Positions 21,310-31,936 of a stretch of DNA of 64,000 bases are shown piece by piece; the stretch's first letter is position 1, and each line of letters begins with the position of its first letter. Both the position numbers and the translations under genes were made by a program. The DNA comes from an uncultured Nitrospiraceae bacterium (GTDB lineage: Bacteria; Nitrospirota; Thermodesulfovibrionia; Thermodesulfovibrionales; UBA6898), in contig CAWEQH010000008.1 of the NCBI GenBank assembly GCA_963811165.1, positions 288,001-352,000 on the forward strand, given 5' to 3'. The notes under the pieces are model-generated. The model did no database searches. It was not told the DNA's origin and saw only the letters and a program-made list of their open reading frames with translations.

Positions 21310-22377
21310 CTATCTCAAAGTAATCGCTTTCTCAGGACACATTTCCTGACAGCAAAAGCAAGCGATGCACCTGGCCGCATCGACCTGGGGGATATTTTCA
21401 ATCATGGACAAAGCAGACACCGGACAGTGATCAATACAGGTGCCGCAGGCGGTGCACTTGTCAGGATCTGCCTGCGGCCGAAGGAGTGTTCGATTGTGGA
21501 TCATCGACTGCACGGCTTTGTTGCGCAGGACCGCTTCCCCGCCCAGAGGCGGAAGCCTGAAATCGGGCAGCCGTTTCAACTCTCCGATGACCTCGATCGA
21601 ATTGAGTTCGTAGTCACCCAGACCCGCCTCTTTTGCTTTCTGAAGGAAACGCAACCGGCGGGGATCACACCCCATCATCGTTGCAATGACCGCATCAACC
21701 GCAACGGCATTGTCAGAGGCGAGGATCAGTCCGATATTTCTGAGGTCAGGCGAGGCGGGACCGTTGCCCTCCATGCCGACCACGGCGTCTACGATGAACA
21801 GGTCCGGCACCCGGAGCCGGAAGACATCGACGATAACTTCATGGAAGCGTTCAGGACTGCCGGCCGCCTTGTGAATCATGGCTTTCTGAGCACCGGGTAA
21901 AATACCGTAACTGTTCTTGATCGCTCCGGTCAGAACGGTCAGGCCGTGCGTCTTGAATTTCGGCAGGCTGATAACGATATCAGCGTCAAGAACAGCGCTG
22001 GATACGCTCACGGTCGGCATGAATTTAGCGTTGAAAGCGACCTTCCGGGAATCGGTCCCGATGTTTTGATAGTGGCCTTCGGCTGCTTCCATCAGGCCCG
22101 TTTGGGTGAAACTTGCCTCGTTTGCACCGTAGCTAAAGAGACCCGGATTGTCGCCCACCACGATCGAGGCGGCACCCATTGTCTCTACCTTCTCCACGAC
22201 AGCGCGAAGAACAGCAGGGTTGGTGACAATACTTTCCTGTGCCGTTGAAGCACGAAGCACGTTTGGTTTTATCAAGACTTTTTTCCCTTCTGCCGTAAAG
22301 GGAAAGAGTTCGAAAGCCCGGTCTACGGCCACACGGACATTTTCATAGGTGGCAGGATGGATCAGAACCTTTGACAT
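21310..22377 (-). CDS. DUF362 domain protein with C-terminal 2x[4Fe-4S]
   Basis: VLIKPN, LPKFKTH, GAIKN, GMEGNGP, CTACGTCxxxCP and CIACFCCQEMCP. Confidence 0.88.
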   Translation of the reverse strand: MSKVLIHPATYENVRVAVDRAFELFPFTAEGKKVLIKPNVLRASTAQESIVTNPAVLRAVVEKVETMGAASIVVGDNPGLFSYGANEASFTQTGLMEAAEGHYQNIGTDSRKVAFNAKFMPTVSVSSAVLDADIVISLPKFKTHGLTVLTGAIKNSYGILPGAQKAMIHKAAGSPERFHEVIVDVFRLRVPDLFIVDAVVGMEGNGPASPDLRNIGLILASDNAVAVDAVIATMMGCDPRRLRFLQKAKEAGLGDYELNSIEVIGELKRLPDFRLPPLGGEAVLRNKAVQSMIHNRTLLRPQADPDKCTACGTCIDHCPVSALSMIENIPQVDAARCIACFCCQEMCPEKAITLR

Positions 22378-22442
22378 GATCAGACTCCTTAATGAAAAGA
22401 ATTACCCCGACTTAGTCTACGCCCCTTTTGATTCACAAGCGG

Positions 22443-23487
22443 TTACCCAATGCTTTCATTATCGCCGACTCTGGCCACTGTCGCGGCCGTGCTCTCCTTA
22501 GTATTGTTCGCAAAGAACGTTCCGGCCCTTTCCCTTGCTTCATCCATACTGCTGCTTGACTGGACCCTGGACGCCAGAGAGTGTCCGAATTTATAGTTCC
22601 GCGCGAAGTAGTGGGTAAATTCCTTCAGCCTGCCCAAGCGGTACACGGGGCGATAATCCGCGTTCAAGGCTTCGAGAAAGGCCGCGTACATATCCGGCAG
22701 CGACACTACGCGCTCCGTGATATCGCCGCCGAATACACTTCTGGCAATTTCGGCGAAGAGCCAGGGCCTTATCACCGCCCCCCGTCCGAGCATCAATCCG
22801 TCGGCGCCGGATACCCTCAGGCATTTTTCCGCATCCTCTACCGAGAAAACTCCGCCATTGGCGATAACGGGTATTTTGATGCATTCCTTTATTTCGGCTA
22901 TATATGCCCATCGCGGATTTCTTGCAAAGGGCTCATGTTTGAACCGGGCATGCACCGTAAGCATATCAACGCCCTCACCTTCGAGCATGGAGCAGAACGT
23001 CTTTAATTTCCCGCTGTCTGAGTCGCTGCCGAGGCGGATTTTCGCACTCAGGGGCAAGGCGGTGCGCTTTCTGGCCTCGGCCACGATGCGGCGAGCCTCA
23101 TCCGGATGTTCCATCAGCATGCCGCCCGCGCCGAACTTGCTGACCGCCGGCGATGGGCAGCCCATGTTCAAATCGATAGCGTCAGCCTTCAATGTGTGAA
23201 GCGCATCAATGGCCCGGCCTATCTCTTTGTCAGTGGAGGTGAGGAGCTGATAGGAAAGAGGGCTTTCCCTTTCGGTTCTGATCAGATACGGGGAGATGCG
23301 GGGATTTTCAGTGGGCAGTCTTCTTGCCGAGAGCATTTCGGTAGACAGACAGGCCGACGCCGCCGAAGCCGATCATTATCCGCCTCAGGGCGCTGTGGGT
23401 AAGGCCCGCCATCGGGGCAAGCAGAAGGGGCGGATCAATAACCAGATTGCGGATCCGTATCGCCTGCGGCGGTGTCCGCACGTTCAT
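22443..23487 (-). CDS. tRNA-dihydrouridine synthase family protein, frameshifted near 23345
   Basis: LAPMAG in one frame; TEM..., DLNMGCP, SAKIRLG, TVHAR, IANGGV, MLGRG in the next. Confidence 0.85.
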
Positions 23488-23770
23488 TTCAGCTTTCATC
23501 AGCAGTACGGGAAATATACCCTGTTTCCCCTCTCTCTTTCCTCTGACTTTCTCATATCCCGTTTCGATCAAGGTTCATACGCGCACAATTTTATCATATT
23601 TAGGAAGACACATTCTCAAATAAGTCTTGTCATCAGCGATCGTTGCATATTATTATTAAGCACTCCGGGCCTCTGCTGTCACGGGATAGTTAATAAATCA
23701 GACATGCTAAACACTCAGGTCACCGGAAGTCGGTGATCTTCGAAAAAGATGCATCACCAAGGGGGGATTC

Positions 23771-26700
23771 GTGAAAGAGAGATTATGTTTGTGCTTCAAA
23801 ATTCTGGCTGGTCTGCTTCCCATGTTGTCCATATTATTTCTTTTCATGGTCCAGGCGGCGGGGGCGGTTACATTGTCCGTTCAGGATGGCGGATCCCTCT
23901 GGCCCGCATCTATGGTGGGAAATTACGTAGAAAACGGCACCCTGAACGGGGTTCCCCGGTATGACGGCCCGGGATGGTACATATACAGGGTAAATATCTG
24001 GGGGGCAAACAACTGGGTAGTGAGCAATACGCTGGGAAGCGCGGATTACAACAACTCGACGATCGCCTTCTATGTAGACAGTGACGCGACGACGCCGCCT
24101 CTGGGTACAGGCTGGTACAATACCAACTCGGGCAGCGGCACGATCATCATCGCTTCCGGCGGCACGGCGACGCCACCCGCCGCTCCTACGATTTATAGTT
24201 TAGACCCCGACGGCAACGGCATGCCGCCTTATATTACGAGCGCCGGCAATACAATTGTGTACTGGTCTGCCGTGACCGGTGCAGTGGGATACAAACTCGA
24301 CGTAGCAACGAACAGCACATTTACGGCATTCGTGCCGGGTTATAACGGTCTGGTAGTCACCGGCTCTCCGATTCCGACCTACCGCTCGGTTTCGGGGCTG
24401 ACGAGCCCGGGCACTACATATTACTTTCGGGTCCGGTCCTATAACGGTGTAGGCGACAGCGGCAACTCAGGCACACTCATGAGTACCACAATTCCTTCTG
24501 CTCCGACTGCAACCGCGGCATCCGGGATCTATGGCCATGAGTTTCAGGCCAACTGGAATGCGCAGACCGGTGCGTCTTACTACAAACTTTATGTCTGCAC
24601 CGACGCGGGCTTTTCGGGATGTTTGTCGGGATATAATCCCTCTTCGGAATACGGAACGTCTTCATCCCTCACAGGGCTGACACCTGCAACTACCCATTAC
24701 TATCGCCTCAGGGCCTCAAACGAAAACGGCGACAGCGGTTTATCAAACACCATATCGCTCATCACCAACTCGTTGCCGGTGCTTGGCGGAACTTTCACCA
24801 CAGCAGGTGCGGTCAACGACAATTCGACGATCGCCCCCTTCTCGGGCGTGACCGTTTCGGATCCCAACGGCGACAACGTCTCGGTGACGATCACGTACGA
24901 CTGGGCAAACGGGACCCTCACGGGTACGGGGCTTAGCGGTTCGGCCGGAAGTTACGTGCTCGGTCCGGCAACCCAGGCGGCGGCAACTGCCAACCTTCAG
25001 GCGCTTGTCTTCCACCCGACGCTACATCAGGCTGCGCCCGGCTCGACAGTGGTGACGACCTTCTCTCTTACGCCTAACGACGGCAAGGATGACGGCGCCA
25101 CCAACAGTTCGACGGTAGTTACGACGACGATGACGAATCTCGGACCGACCTTCGTAGGCGCAACCAACACTCTTACTGTGAGCCAGGATGCCTCTGCCAC
25201 GGACATCAGGGGGCTGCTGCACGTAAGCGATTCCGATTCAGGTCAGACCGAAACCTGGACACAAAGCGCGGCGCCGAATCATGGCGGCACGCTGAACTTT
25301 GTAGGTGCCACAGCCGCATCCGGCAGTACGGATATAACACCAGGAGGCACTATCACCTACGCGCCGGCTCCAGGCTATAGCGGTACGGAGACCTTCACAA
25401 TCCAGGTGAGTGACTCAATGGCAACGGCGACCCGGACGATCACTGTAACGGTTGTGCCCCCTCCCACTGTAACGGGAATCACCCCTGCTGCCGGCCCACT
25501 GGCTGGAGGAACGGCTGTAACGATAACCGGCACCAACTTTACCGGTGCGACCTCGGTTACGATAGGCGGCGCAGCCGCCACCGGTGTGGTCGTGGTGAAT
25601 GGTACTACAATCACCGCCGTAACTCCGGCGGGGACTGCCGGCGCACAGAACGTGGCCGTTACTACGCCTGGCGGCACCGGCACAGGTACGGGCCTGTTTA
25701 CTTACATGGCGCTTCCCACTGTAACGGGAATCGCCCCCGCTGCCGGCCCATTGGCTGGAGGAACAGCTGTAACGATAACCGGCACTAACTTTACCGGTGC
25801 GACCTCGGTTACGATAGGCGGCGCAGCCGCCACCGGTGTGGTCGTAGTGAATGCCACTACAATCACTGCCGTAACTCCGGCGGGGACTGCCGGCGCACAG
25901 AACGTGGCCGTTACTACGCCTGGCGGCACCGGCACAGGTACGGGCCTGTTTACTTATATGGCGCCTCCCACTGTAACGGGAATAGCCCCTGCCGCCGGCC
26001 CATTGGCAGGCGGAACAGCTGTAACGATAACCGGCACTAACTTCACGGGTGCGACCTCGGTTACGATAGGCGGCGCAGCCGCCACCGGTGTGGTCGTGGT
26101 GAATGCTACTACAATCGCTGCCGTAACTCCGGCGGGGACTGCCGGCGCACAGAACGTGGCCGTTACTACGCCTGGCGGCACCGGCACAGGTACGGGCCTC
26201 TTCACATACGTGATGGCTCCAACAGTAACAAGCATCATCCCAAATAGCGGCCCGACCGCTGGAGGGACATCGATCACCATCACAGGCACTAACTTTTTGG
26301 GGGCTACCGCCGTCAATTTTGGGAGCACCGCCGCTTCAAGCTATAGCGTCATCTCGAATACCACGATTTCTGCCGCCTCTCCCGCACAAGCCGCAGGTGC
26401 CGTTCAGATTACCGTCACTACGGTGGGAGGTGTAAGTTTGGGTTTGGTTACCTTCACCTATGTGCCGGCGCCCACAGTTACGGGCGTCTCACCGTCCAGC
26501 GGCCCAACGGCCGGGGGAACTACGGTTACTATTACAGGCACCAATTTTACTGGAGCCACCGCGGTCGCTTTCGGCGGCACGCCGGCGGGTAGTTATACCG
26601 TCGACTCTGCCACTCAGATTACCGCCACAACTGCCGCGCATGCTGCAGATGCGGCCCAGATCACTGTAACCACGGTTGGAGGTACCAGTTCGGACCTGGC

Positions 26701-29695
26701 TAACTTCACCTTTGTCGCACCGCCCATTGTTAATTCGGTCTCTGTTCCGGCAAACGGAACCTATGTCGCAGGACAGAACCTCGACTTCACGGTAAACTTC
26801 AGCGAAGCGGTAACAGTGGATACAGCAGGCGGCACGCCGTATATCCCGATCACTTTAAACATCGGCGGTACGGTGCAGGCCGCATACATTTCTGGCAGCG
26901 GCAGCAGCGTCCTGACATTCCGCTATACCGTGGTAAGCGGAAACGCCGACCCTGACGGGATAACGCTCGGCGGGTCGATAACGGCCAACGGGGCAACGCT
27001 GAGGGATGCCGTAAACAACGATGCGGTACTGACACTCAACAGCGTGGGTTCAAGTGTAGGGGTGCTTGTCGATGCCATAGCACCAACAATCAGCATTTCA
27101 ACGCCATCGGCAGCAAACACAATCTCCGGCCCGGTGGACTACACGATTACATATACCGGTGCGGATACAGTTACCCTGGGCAGCGCGAACATCACACTCA
27201 ATCCCACCGGAACGGCAACAGGGACAGTCTCGGTAAGCGGGAGCGGGACAGCCAGCCGCACGGTGACCATATCGGGCATCAGCGGAAGCGGCACCCTTGG
27301 CATCAGTATAGCAGCCGGCACCGCATCAGATAATGCCGGTAATACTGCACCTGCTGCCGGGCCGAGCGTGACGTTTATTGTCTGTACGAATAGCTCGATC
27401 ACTGTATCGAACAATAACGACAGCGGTCCCGGCACGCTCAGGCAGGCGATAGCCGACATCTGCCCGGGCGGCACGATTGGATTTAGTGTAACAGGAACGA
27501 TCGGACTTACTTCGGGAGAACTTGTGGTCGATAAGGACATGACTATCTCAGGGCCCGGGGCGAACGCTCTTGCGATAAGCGGCCTCGACGCCAGCCGGGT
27601 GTTCAATGTAAAAGCAGGAACGACGGCGACCATACAGGGCATTACGGTCTCCAATGGATCTGTTATGGGTCCGGCCGAGTATGGCGGCGGTGTTTATAAT
27701 TACGGTACCTTGACCGTGACGAACAGCACGATTGCGGGCAATACTTCTGATGTTGACGGCGGCGGCGTTTTCAATTGGGGCACCATGACGGTGACAAACT
27801 GTACTATATCGGGTAATAGTGCTTTTGGTGATCACGTGGCTTATGGCGGCGGCATTCGAAACGCTGGAATCATGACAGTGACGAACAGCACGATATCAGG
27901 CAACCGTGCCGGCGGTTATGGCGGCGGCATTTACAATGACGGCACTATGGTCATGACCAATAGCACGATATCGGGCAACAGCATCTTCGCCGGCGGTGAC
28001 AACGGCGGAGGCATTTACAATAGCGGCACCATGACCACGACGAACGTCATCATTGCAGCTAATATAGCCACTGCCGGCGCGAACTGTTGGGTAGGTGCCG
28101 TTATCACTGACGGAGGCAATAACATCGAAGACGGCACCACCTGCGGGTTCAGCGATCCGACATCGATGAGCAATACCGATCCTATGCTCGATCCGGCCGG
28201 TCTAAAGGACAATGGCGGGCCCACCAAAACGGTTGCGCTTGTTGCCGGAAGTCCTGCAATCAATGCTGCAACAGGGTGTCCTGCGACCGATCAGCGCGGC
28301 ATTACGCGTCCCCAGGGAGCTAACTGTGACATCGGAGCATATGAGTTTGTGACAGGCACGACCGTAACCCTCGGCTCGTCTCAGAACCCCTCGGTCTTTG
28401 GTCAGTCGGTGACATTTACGGCTGCGGTAACAGGCGTCGAGAGCGGTACGCCGACAGGGACGGCGACCTTCTTTGACGGAGCGATAGCAGTCTGTAGCAG
28501 TCTGACACTGGACGGAAGCGGCCGGGCAACGTGCAGCACCTCGACATTACCCGTTGGCGCACGAAGCATAACAGCAGTCTATAGCGGCGATACAGATTAT
28601 GCGGGATCCACGTCAACGGTCCTGACACAGACGGTGAATCAGGCTTCAACGACGACCGCTATCATCAGCGACACCCCTGATCCGTCTGCGGTGGGCCAGG
28701 CTGTCACGGTTAGCTATATTGTGGGTTTTATTAGCGGGAGTGGCGTGGTGAGCCCTGGTGTGACGCCGACCGGTAATGTGACCGTCTCAGATGGAGTGGA
28801 TAGCTGTACCGCCACCGCGGCTGCAGGCTCCTGCAGTCTGGCCCTGACAACGGCAGGTGCGCGTACCCTGACTGCAACCTACGCGGGAGATACAAACTTC
28901 AACGGCAGCATCGGAACAGCCCCGCATGATGTTTTGCTTCAGCATCTTCTGAGCGTCTCGGTAACCGGCAGCGGTACCGTGACCGGCAACATAACAGGCG
29001 TCGAGGGCAACGGCCTCCACTGCGGTTCGGATTGTTCCGAGACCTTCAATCAGGGGACGGCCGTGACTCTTACTGCAACTCCCGCAATCGGCTGGAAACT
29101 AAGCGGTTGGTCAGGTGATCCCGACTGCTCCGACGGGCAGGTAACCCTGAACAGTCCCCTGAATTGTATGGCAACTTTTGTCCTGAACAACAGCGTCGTC
29201 ATACCGTCGGCAACAGGAAACGGCAACATCGCACTCACTACGAACAGCCCCGGCTGCGGGTTCATTACCTGGGGAGCAAAGACCGAGGCCCAGGTGGGCG
29301 CTGATACGTCCTATGAATACCCTTACGGCCTTGTGGAATTCACACTCAACTGCGCCGTTGCGGATGTAACGATAACGTTCCCCGGAAATATCGGAGGGAC
29401 AACGTACCGTAAGTACGGCCCCACGACACCCGGCAATGCCTTAACAAAGGCCTGGTACACCTTCAGCAACGTCACGGCAAACAGCAGCACTTCCATCACC
29501 TTGCATCTTACGGACGGAGAACTGGGAGACGATACGGGCAAAGACGGCATAATAGTCGACCAGGGCGGCCCGGGACAGCAGTCGCTTGCCGTCGCCGTTC
29601 CCACGATGAACGAATGGGGGATGCTGCTTTTTGTGCTGTTTGCAGGCGTAGGTTCTCTGTATTATCTTAGGAGAAGGAGAATGCCGAGGGTATAG
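23771..29695 (+). CDS. Large modular surface protein: FN3-like, cadherin/Ig-like, 5 IPT/TIG, beta-helix with choice-of-anchor-Q-like end, bacterial Ig, choice-of-anchor-U-like, IPTL-CTERM
   Basis: Signal peptide; repeats of PTVTGIxPAAGPLAGGTAVTITGTNF; GGGIYN beta-helix; DQRGITRPQGANCDIGAYE; C-terminal VPTMNEWG, TM helix and RRRR. Confidence 0.88.
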   Translation: MKERLCLCFKILAGLLPMLSILFLFMVQAAGAVTLSVQDGGSLWPASMVGNYVENGTLNGVPRYDGPGWYIYRVNIWGANNWVVSNTLGSADYNNSTIAFYVDSDATTPPLGTGWYNTNSGSGTIIIASGGTATPPAAPTIYSLDPDGNGMPPYITSAGNTIVYWSAVTGAVGYKLDVATNSTFTAFVPGYNGLVVTGSPIPTYRSVSGLTSPGTTYYFRVRSYNGVGDSGNSGTLMSTTIPSAPTATAASGIYGHEFQANWNAQTGASYYKLYVCTDAGFSGCLSGYNPSSEYGTSSSLTGLTPATTHYYRLRASNENGDSGLSNTISLITNSLPVLGGTFTTAGAVNDNSTIAPFSGVTVSDPNGDNVSVTITYDWANGTLTGTGLSGSAGSYVLGPATQAAATANLQALVFHPTLHQAAPGSTVVTTFSLTPNDGKDDGATNSSTVVTTTMTNLGPTFVGATNTLTVSQDASATDIRGLLHVSDSDSGQTETWTQSAAPNHGGTLNFVGATAASGSTDITPGGTITYAPAPGYSGTETFTIQVSDSMATATRTITVTVVPPPTVTGITPAAGPLAGGTAVTITGTNFTGATSVTIGGAAATGVVVVNGTTITAVTPAGTAGAQNVAVTTPGGTGTGTGLFTYMALPTVTGIAPAAGPLAGGTAVTITGTNFTGATSVTIGGAAATGVVVVNATTITAVTPAGTAGAQNVAVTTPGGTGTGTGLFTYMAPPTVTGIAPAAGPLAGGTAVTITGTNFTGATSVTIGGAAATGVVVVNATTIAAVTPAGTAGAQNVAVTTPGGTGTGTGLFTYVMAPTVTSIIPNSGPTAGGTSITITGTNFLGATAVNFGSTAASSYSVISNTTISAASPAQAAGAVQITVTTVGGVSLGLVTFTYVPAPTVTGVSPSSGPTAGGTTVTITGTNFTGATAVAFGGTPAGSYTVDSATQITATTAAHAADAAQITVTTVGGTSSDLANFTFVAPPIVNSVSVPANGTYVAGQNLDFTVNFSEAVTVDTAGGTPYIPITLNIGGTVQAAYISGSGSSVLTFRYTVVSGNADPDGITLGGSITANGATLRDAVNNDAVLTLNSVGSSVGVLVDAIAPTISISTPSAANTISGPVDYTITYTGADTVTLGSANITLNPTGTATGTVSVSGSGTASRTVTISGISGSGTLGISIAAGTASDNAGNTAPAAGPSVTFIVCTNSSITVSNNNDSGPGTLRQAIADICPGGTIGFSVTGTIGLTSGELVVDKDMTISGPGANALAISGLDASRVFNVKAGTTATIQGITVSNGSVMGPAEYGGGVYNYGTLTVTNSTIAGNTSDVDGGGVFNWGTMTVTNCTISGNSAFGDHVAYGGGIRNAGIMTVTNSTISGNRAGGYGGGIYNDGTMVMTNSTISGNSIFAGGDNGGGIYNSGTMTTTNVIIAANIATAGANCWVGAVITDGGNNIEDGTTCGFSDPTSMSNTDPMLDPAGLKDNGGPTKTVALVAGSPAINAATGCPATDQRGITRPQGANCDIGAYEFVTGTTVTLGSSQNPSVFGQSVTFTAAVTGVESGTPTGTATFFDGAIAVCSSLTLDGSGRATCSTSTLPVGARSITAVYSGDTDYAGSTSTVLTQTVNQASTTTAIISDTPDPSAVGQAVTVSYIVGFISGSGVVSPGVTPTGNVTVSDGVDSCTATAAAGSCSLALTTAGARTLTATYAGDTNFNGSIGTAPHDVLLQHLLSVSVTGSGTVTGNITGVEGNGLHCGSDCSETFNQGTAVTLTATPAIGWKLSGWSGDPDCSDGQVTLNSPLNCMATFVLNNSVVIPSATGNGNIALTTNSPGCGFITWGAKTEAQVGADTSYEYPYGLVEFTLNCAVADVTITFPGNIGGTTYRKYGPTTPGNALTKAWYTFSNVTANSSTSITLHLTDGELGDDTGKDGIIVDQGGPGQQSLAVAVPTMNEWGMLLFVLFAGVGSLYYLRRRRMPRV
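25463..26218 (+). repeat. Three near-identical 252-bp tandem repeats encoding IPT/TIG domains
   Basis: cccactgtaacgggaat recurs at 25463, 25715 and 25967. Confidence 0.92.
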
Positions 29696-29835
29696 AAATG
29701 TTGCTGGGGCTATCGTTGCCGGCCCACTTCTTTGAAATAATCGGGGTAGCGTTTTTTTGCGCAGTCCGGACAGAGATGCTGTGGCTGAACTCCGCTTCGG
29801 AATGGTAAAATAGCGGAAAATCCCGGGGAGAAATA

Positions 29836-31089
29836 TTGGACAAACTTGTTATCAGGGGCGGCAAGCCGCTTAAAGGAACGGTAAAAATAGGAGGGTCAAA
29901 AAATGCGGCCCTTCCTATCATGGCGGCTTCCTTACTTGCGCCGGGGGAGCATCGTCTTGGGAACGTGCCCGACCTCAAGGACGTCAGGACGATGGGGAGG
30001 CTTCTGGCGAACCTCGGCGCCGGGTTCCACCTGGAAGACAACTCGGCGATCCTCGACTGCAGCAAGATCAGAAATTACGAAGCGCCGTATGAACTCGTAA
30101 GCACAATGCGGGCGTCTGTCCTTGCGCTTGGACCTTTGCTTGCCAGGCTCGGGAAGGCGAAGGTGTCTCTGCCGGGCGGCTGCGCGATCGGCGCCCGGCC
30201 GATAAACCTGCACCTGATGGGATTTGAGAAGATGGGCGCCTCTATTACCCTCGAAGCCGGGTATGTATTTGTGAAGGCGAAGAAGCTAAAGGGGGCGTCG
30301 ATTTATTTCGATATCCCTACGGTGACCGGCACGGAAAATATAATGATGGCCGCTTCCCTTGCGGAGGGGAAAACCGTCATCGACAACGCCGCCCGGGAAC
30401 CTGAGGTCGTCGACCTGGCAGACGCCCTAAAGTCTATGGGTGCGAAGATCACCGGCGCCGGGGAGGGCGTCATCGAGATAGAGGGGGTGTCAGGCCTGCG
30501 GGCGCTCAGGCATGACGTTATCCCGGATAGGATAGAGACAGGCACCTTCATGGCGGTCGCCGGCATCACGGGCGGGGACATTACGATCAAAGGGTGCAAC
30601 CTCCAGCACCTCGATGCGGTAATAAACAAACTTAAAGACACCGGCATGAAGATCCGGCCGATCAAGACCGGCGTGAGGGTCACCGGACCTCAGAGGCCGG
30701 TGTCCGTGAACGCCAAGACGATGCCTTATCCGGGGTTCCCGACCGATATGCAGGCCCAACTCATGGCGATGATGTGCATTTCGGAAGGGACGAGCGTCAT
30801 CTCCGAGAGCATCTTCGAAAACAGGTTCATGCACGTTGCCGAATTAAGGAGAATGGGGGCCGACATCATAATCGAGGGCGGCGTGGCAACGGTCCGCGGG
30901 GTCGAGAAACTCAAGGGAGCCCCCCTTATGGCTACCGACCTGAGGGCGAGCGCATCGCTTATCGTTGCGGCCCTTGCGGCGGAGGGCGAATCGACGATAC
31001 ACAGGATATATCACCTCGACAGGGGCTACGAACGGATCGAGGAAAAGCTCCGAAAGATAGGCGCGGATATAAAAAGAGAGAAGGAATAG
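29836..31089 (+). CDS. murA: UDP-N-acetylglucosamine 1-carboxyvinyltransferase
   Basis: GSKNAALP, LPGGCAIGARP, PYPGFPTDMQ, TDLRAS, HLDRGYE. Confidence 0.97.
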   Translation: MDKLVIRGGKPLKGTVKIGGSKNAALPIMAASLLAPGEHRLGNVPDLKDVRTMGRLLANLGAGFHLEDNSAILDCSKIRNYEAPYELVSTMRASVLALGPLLARLGKAKVSLPGGCAIGARPINLHLMGFEKMGASITLEAGYVFVKAKKLKGASIYFDIPTVTGTENIMMAASLAEGKTVIDNAAREPEVVDLADALKSMGAKITGAGEGVIEIEGVSGLRALRHDVIPDRIETGTFMAVAGITGGDITIKGCNLQHLDAVINKLKDTGMKIRPIKTGVRVTGPQRPVSVNAKTMPYPGFPTDMQAQLMAMMCISEGTSVISESIFENRFMHVAELRRMGADIIIEGGVATVRGVEKLKGAPLMATDLRASASLIVAALAAEGESTIHRIYHLDRGYERIEEKLRKIGADIKREKE

Positions 31090-31190
31090 TCCCTCCTTCA
31101 TTTACCCGTACGAAGGCGGCAGGTCAACTGCGGGATTGTAAAGAGGCCTTAATACCCGTGCCGGAGATACCCCCCCCTACCAAGGTAGGA

Positions 31191-31219
31191 TTGACGCCAT
31201 TTTCAGGGGCGCATATAAT
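31191..31219 (+). promoter_or_regulatory. sigma70-type promoter
   Basis: TTGACG-17 bp-TATAAT upstream of the 31323 ORF. Confidence 0.7.
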
Positions 31220-31322
31220 TTTGCAAGCTGACGTTTCTAAAGAGAGATGCCTGCTTTCTTACGGAAAAGCGCCGGCAAACAATAAGAGGGATGGGCCCGC
31301 AGGGGACCCGGGGAGGATACTG

Positions 31323-31619
31323 ATGAGAAGTCTGATCTTGTTACTTTCAATGTCTGCAATTTGTACGATTTTTTATGCGTTGTTTAGGGTAGTAACCCTC
31401 ACGAAAAAGATTCCGGGGGGACTTGTGAAGCAGTACTGGAGACTCTTTTATTACCTGATCGGTCTCCTTGCGGTGGGGTATCTGACGGTGCCTCTGTTTC
31501 CTAGGCTCCCGGAGACTTCTAAGGAACTCATCGTATCAATTATCTTTTTGGCCGGAGCGGTTTTCGTCCTGAAAGTCATTGACCTCTTTTTCAAGATCGT
31601 ACAGGAGATAGGTCTATGA
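31323..31619 (+). CDS. Hypothetical 3-TM membrane protein
   Basis: ggagg RBS; 98 aa with three hydrophobic helices; stop overlaps next start (ATGA). Confidence 0.7.
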   Translation: MRSLILLLSMSAICTIFYALFRVVTLTKKIPGGLVKQYWRLFYYLIGLLAVGYLTVPLFPRLPETSKELIVSIIFLAGAVFVLKVIDLFFKIVQEIGL

Positions 31620-31900
31620 GCATGATTGAGGTCAAAGGTGATTTGATACACTGTGTTCGCGAAAACCTGGGAAACATTGCCAGTACTTTTTTCCTGAAGC
31701 GGGCTTTATCTATGATAGAAGCGGCGTCAGATGACAAGGAGGGCCTGTGGGAAGCCTCTTGCAAGGTCAGCAGCCTGACCGAACTGTTTATCGACACTGA
31801 CCTGGCGGAAAAAGTCCGCGAGGAACTCAGGACTAAAATTGAAGAGGGATGTAATGGGGGCCGTCTGGCTGACCGGTTACTACCCGCAGATAATCATTGA
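31616..31900 (+). CDS. Hypothetical small helical protein
   Basis: 94-aa ORF translationally coupled to the upstream membrane protein. Confidence 0.6.
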   Translation: MSMIEVKGDLIHCVRENLGNIASTFFLKRALSMIEAASDDKEGLWEASCKVSSLTELFIDTDLAEKVREELRTKIEEGCNGGRLADRLLPADNH

Positions 31901-31936
31901 CCCAAAAAAATGCATTTATCTCCATGCCTCCGAAAA

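Noticed and set aside
25463..26218. Possible CRISPR or non-coding repeat array
   Set aside because: The units are 252-bp in-frame coding repeats with no unique spacers, and no cas genes are in the window.
30774..31322. N-terminal extension of the 281-aa ORF overlapping murA
   Set aside because: It overlaps murA in another frame; the promoter and RBS point to a start at 31323.
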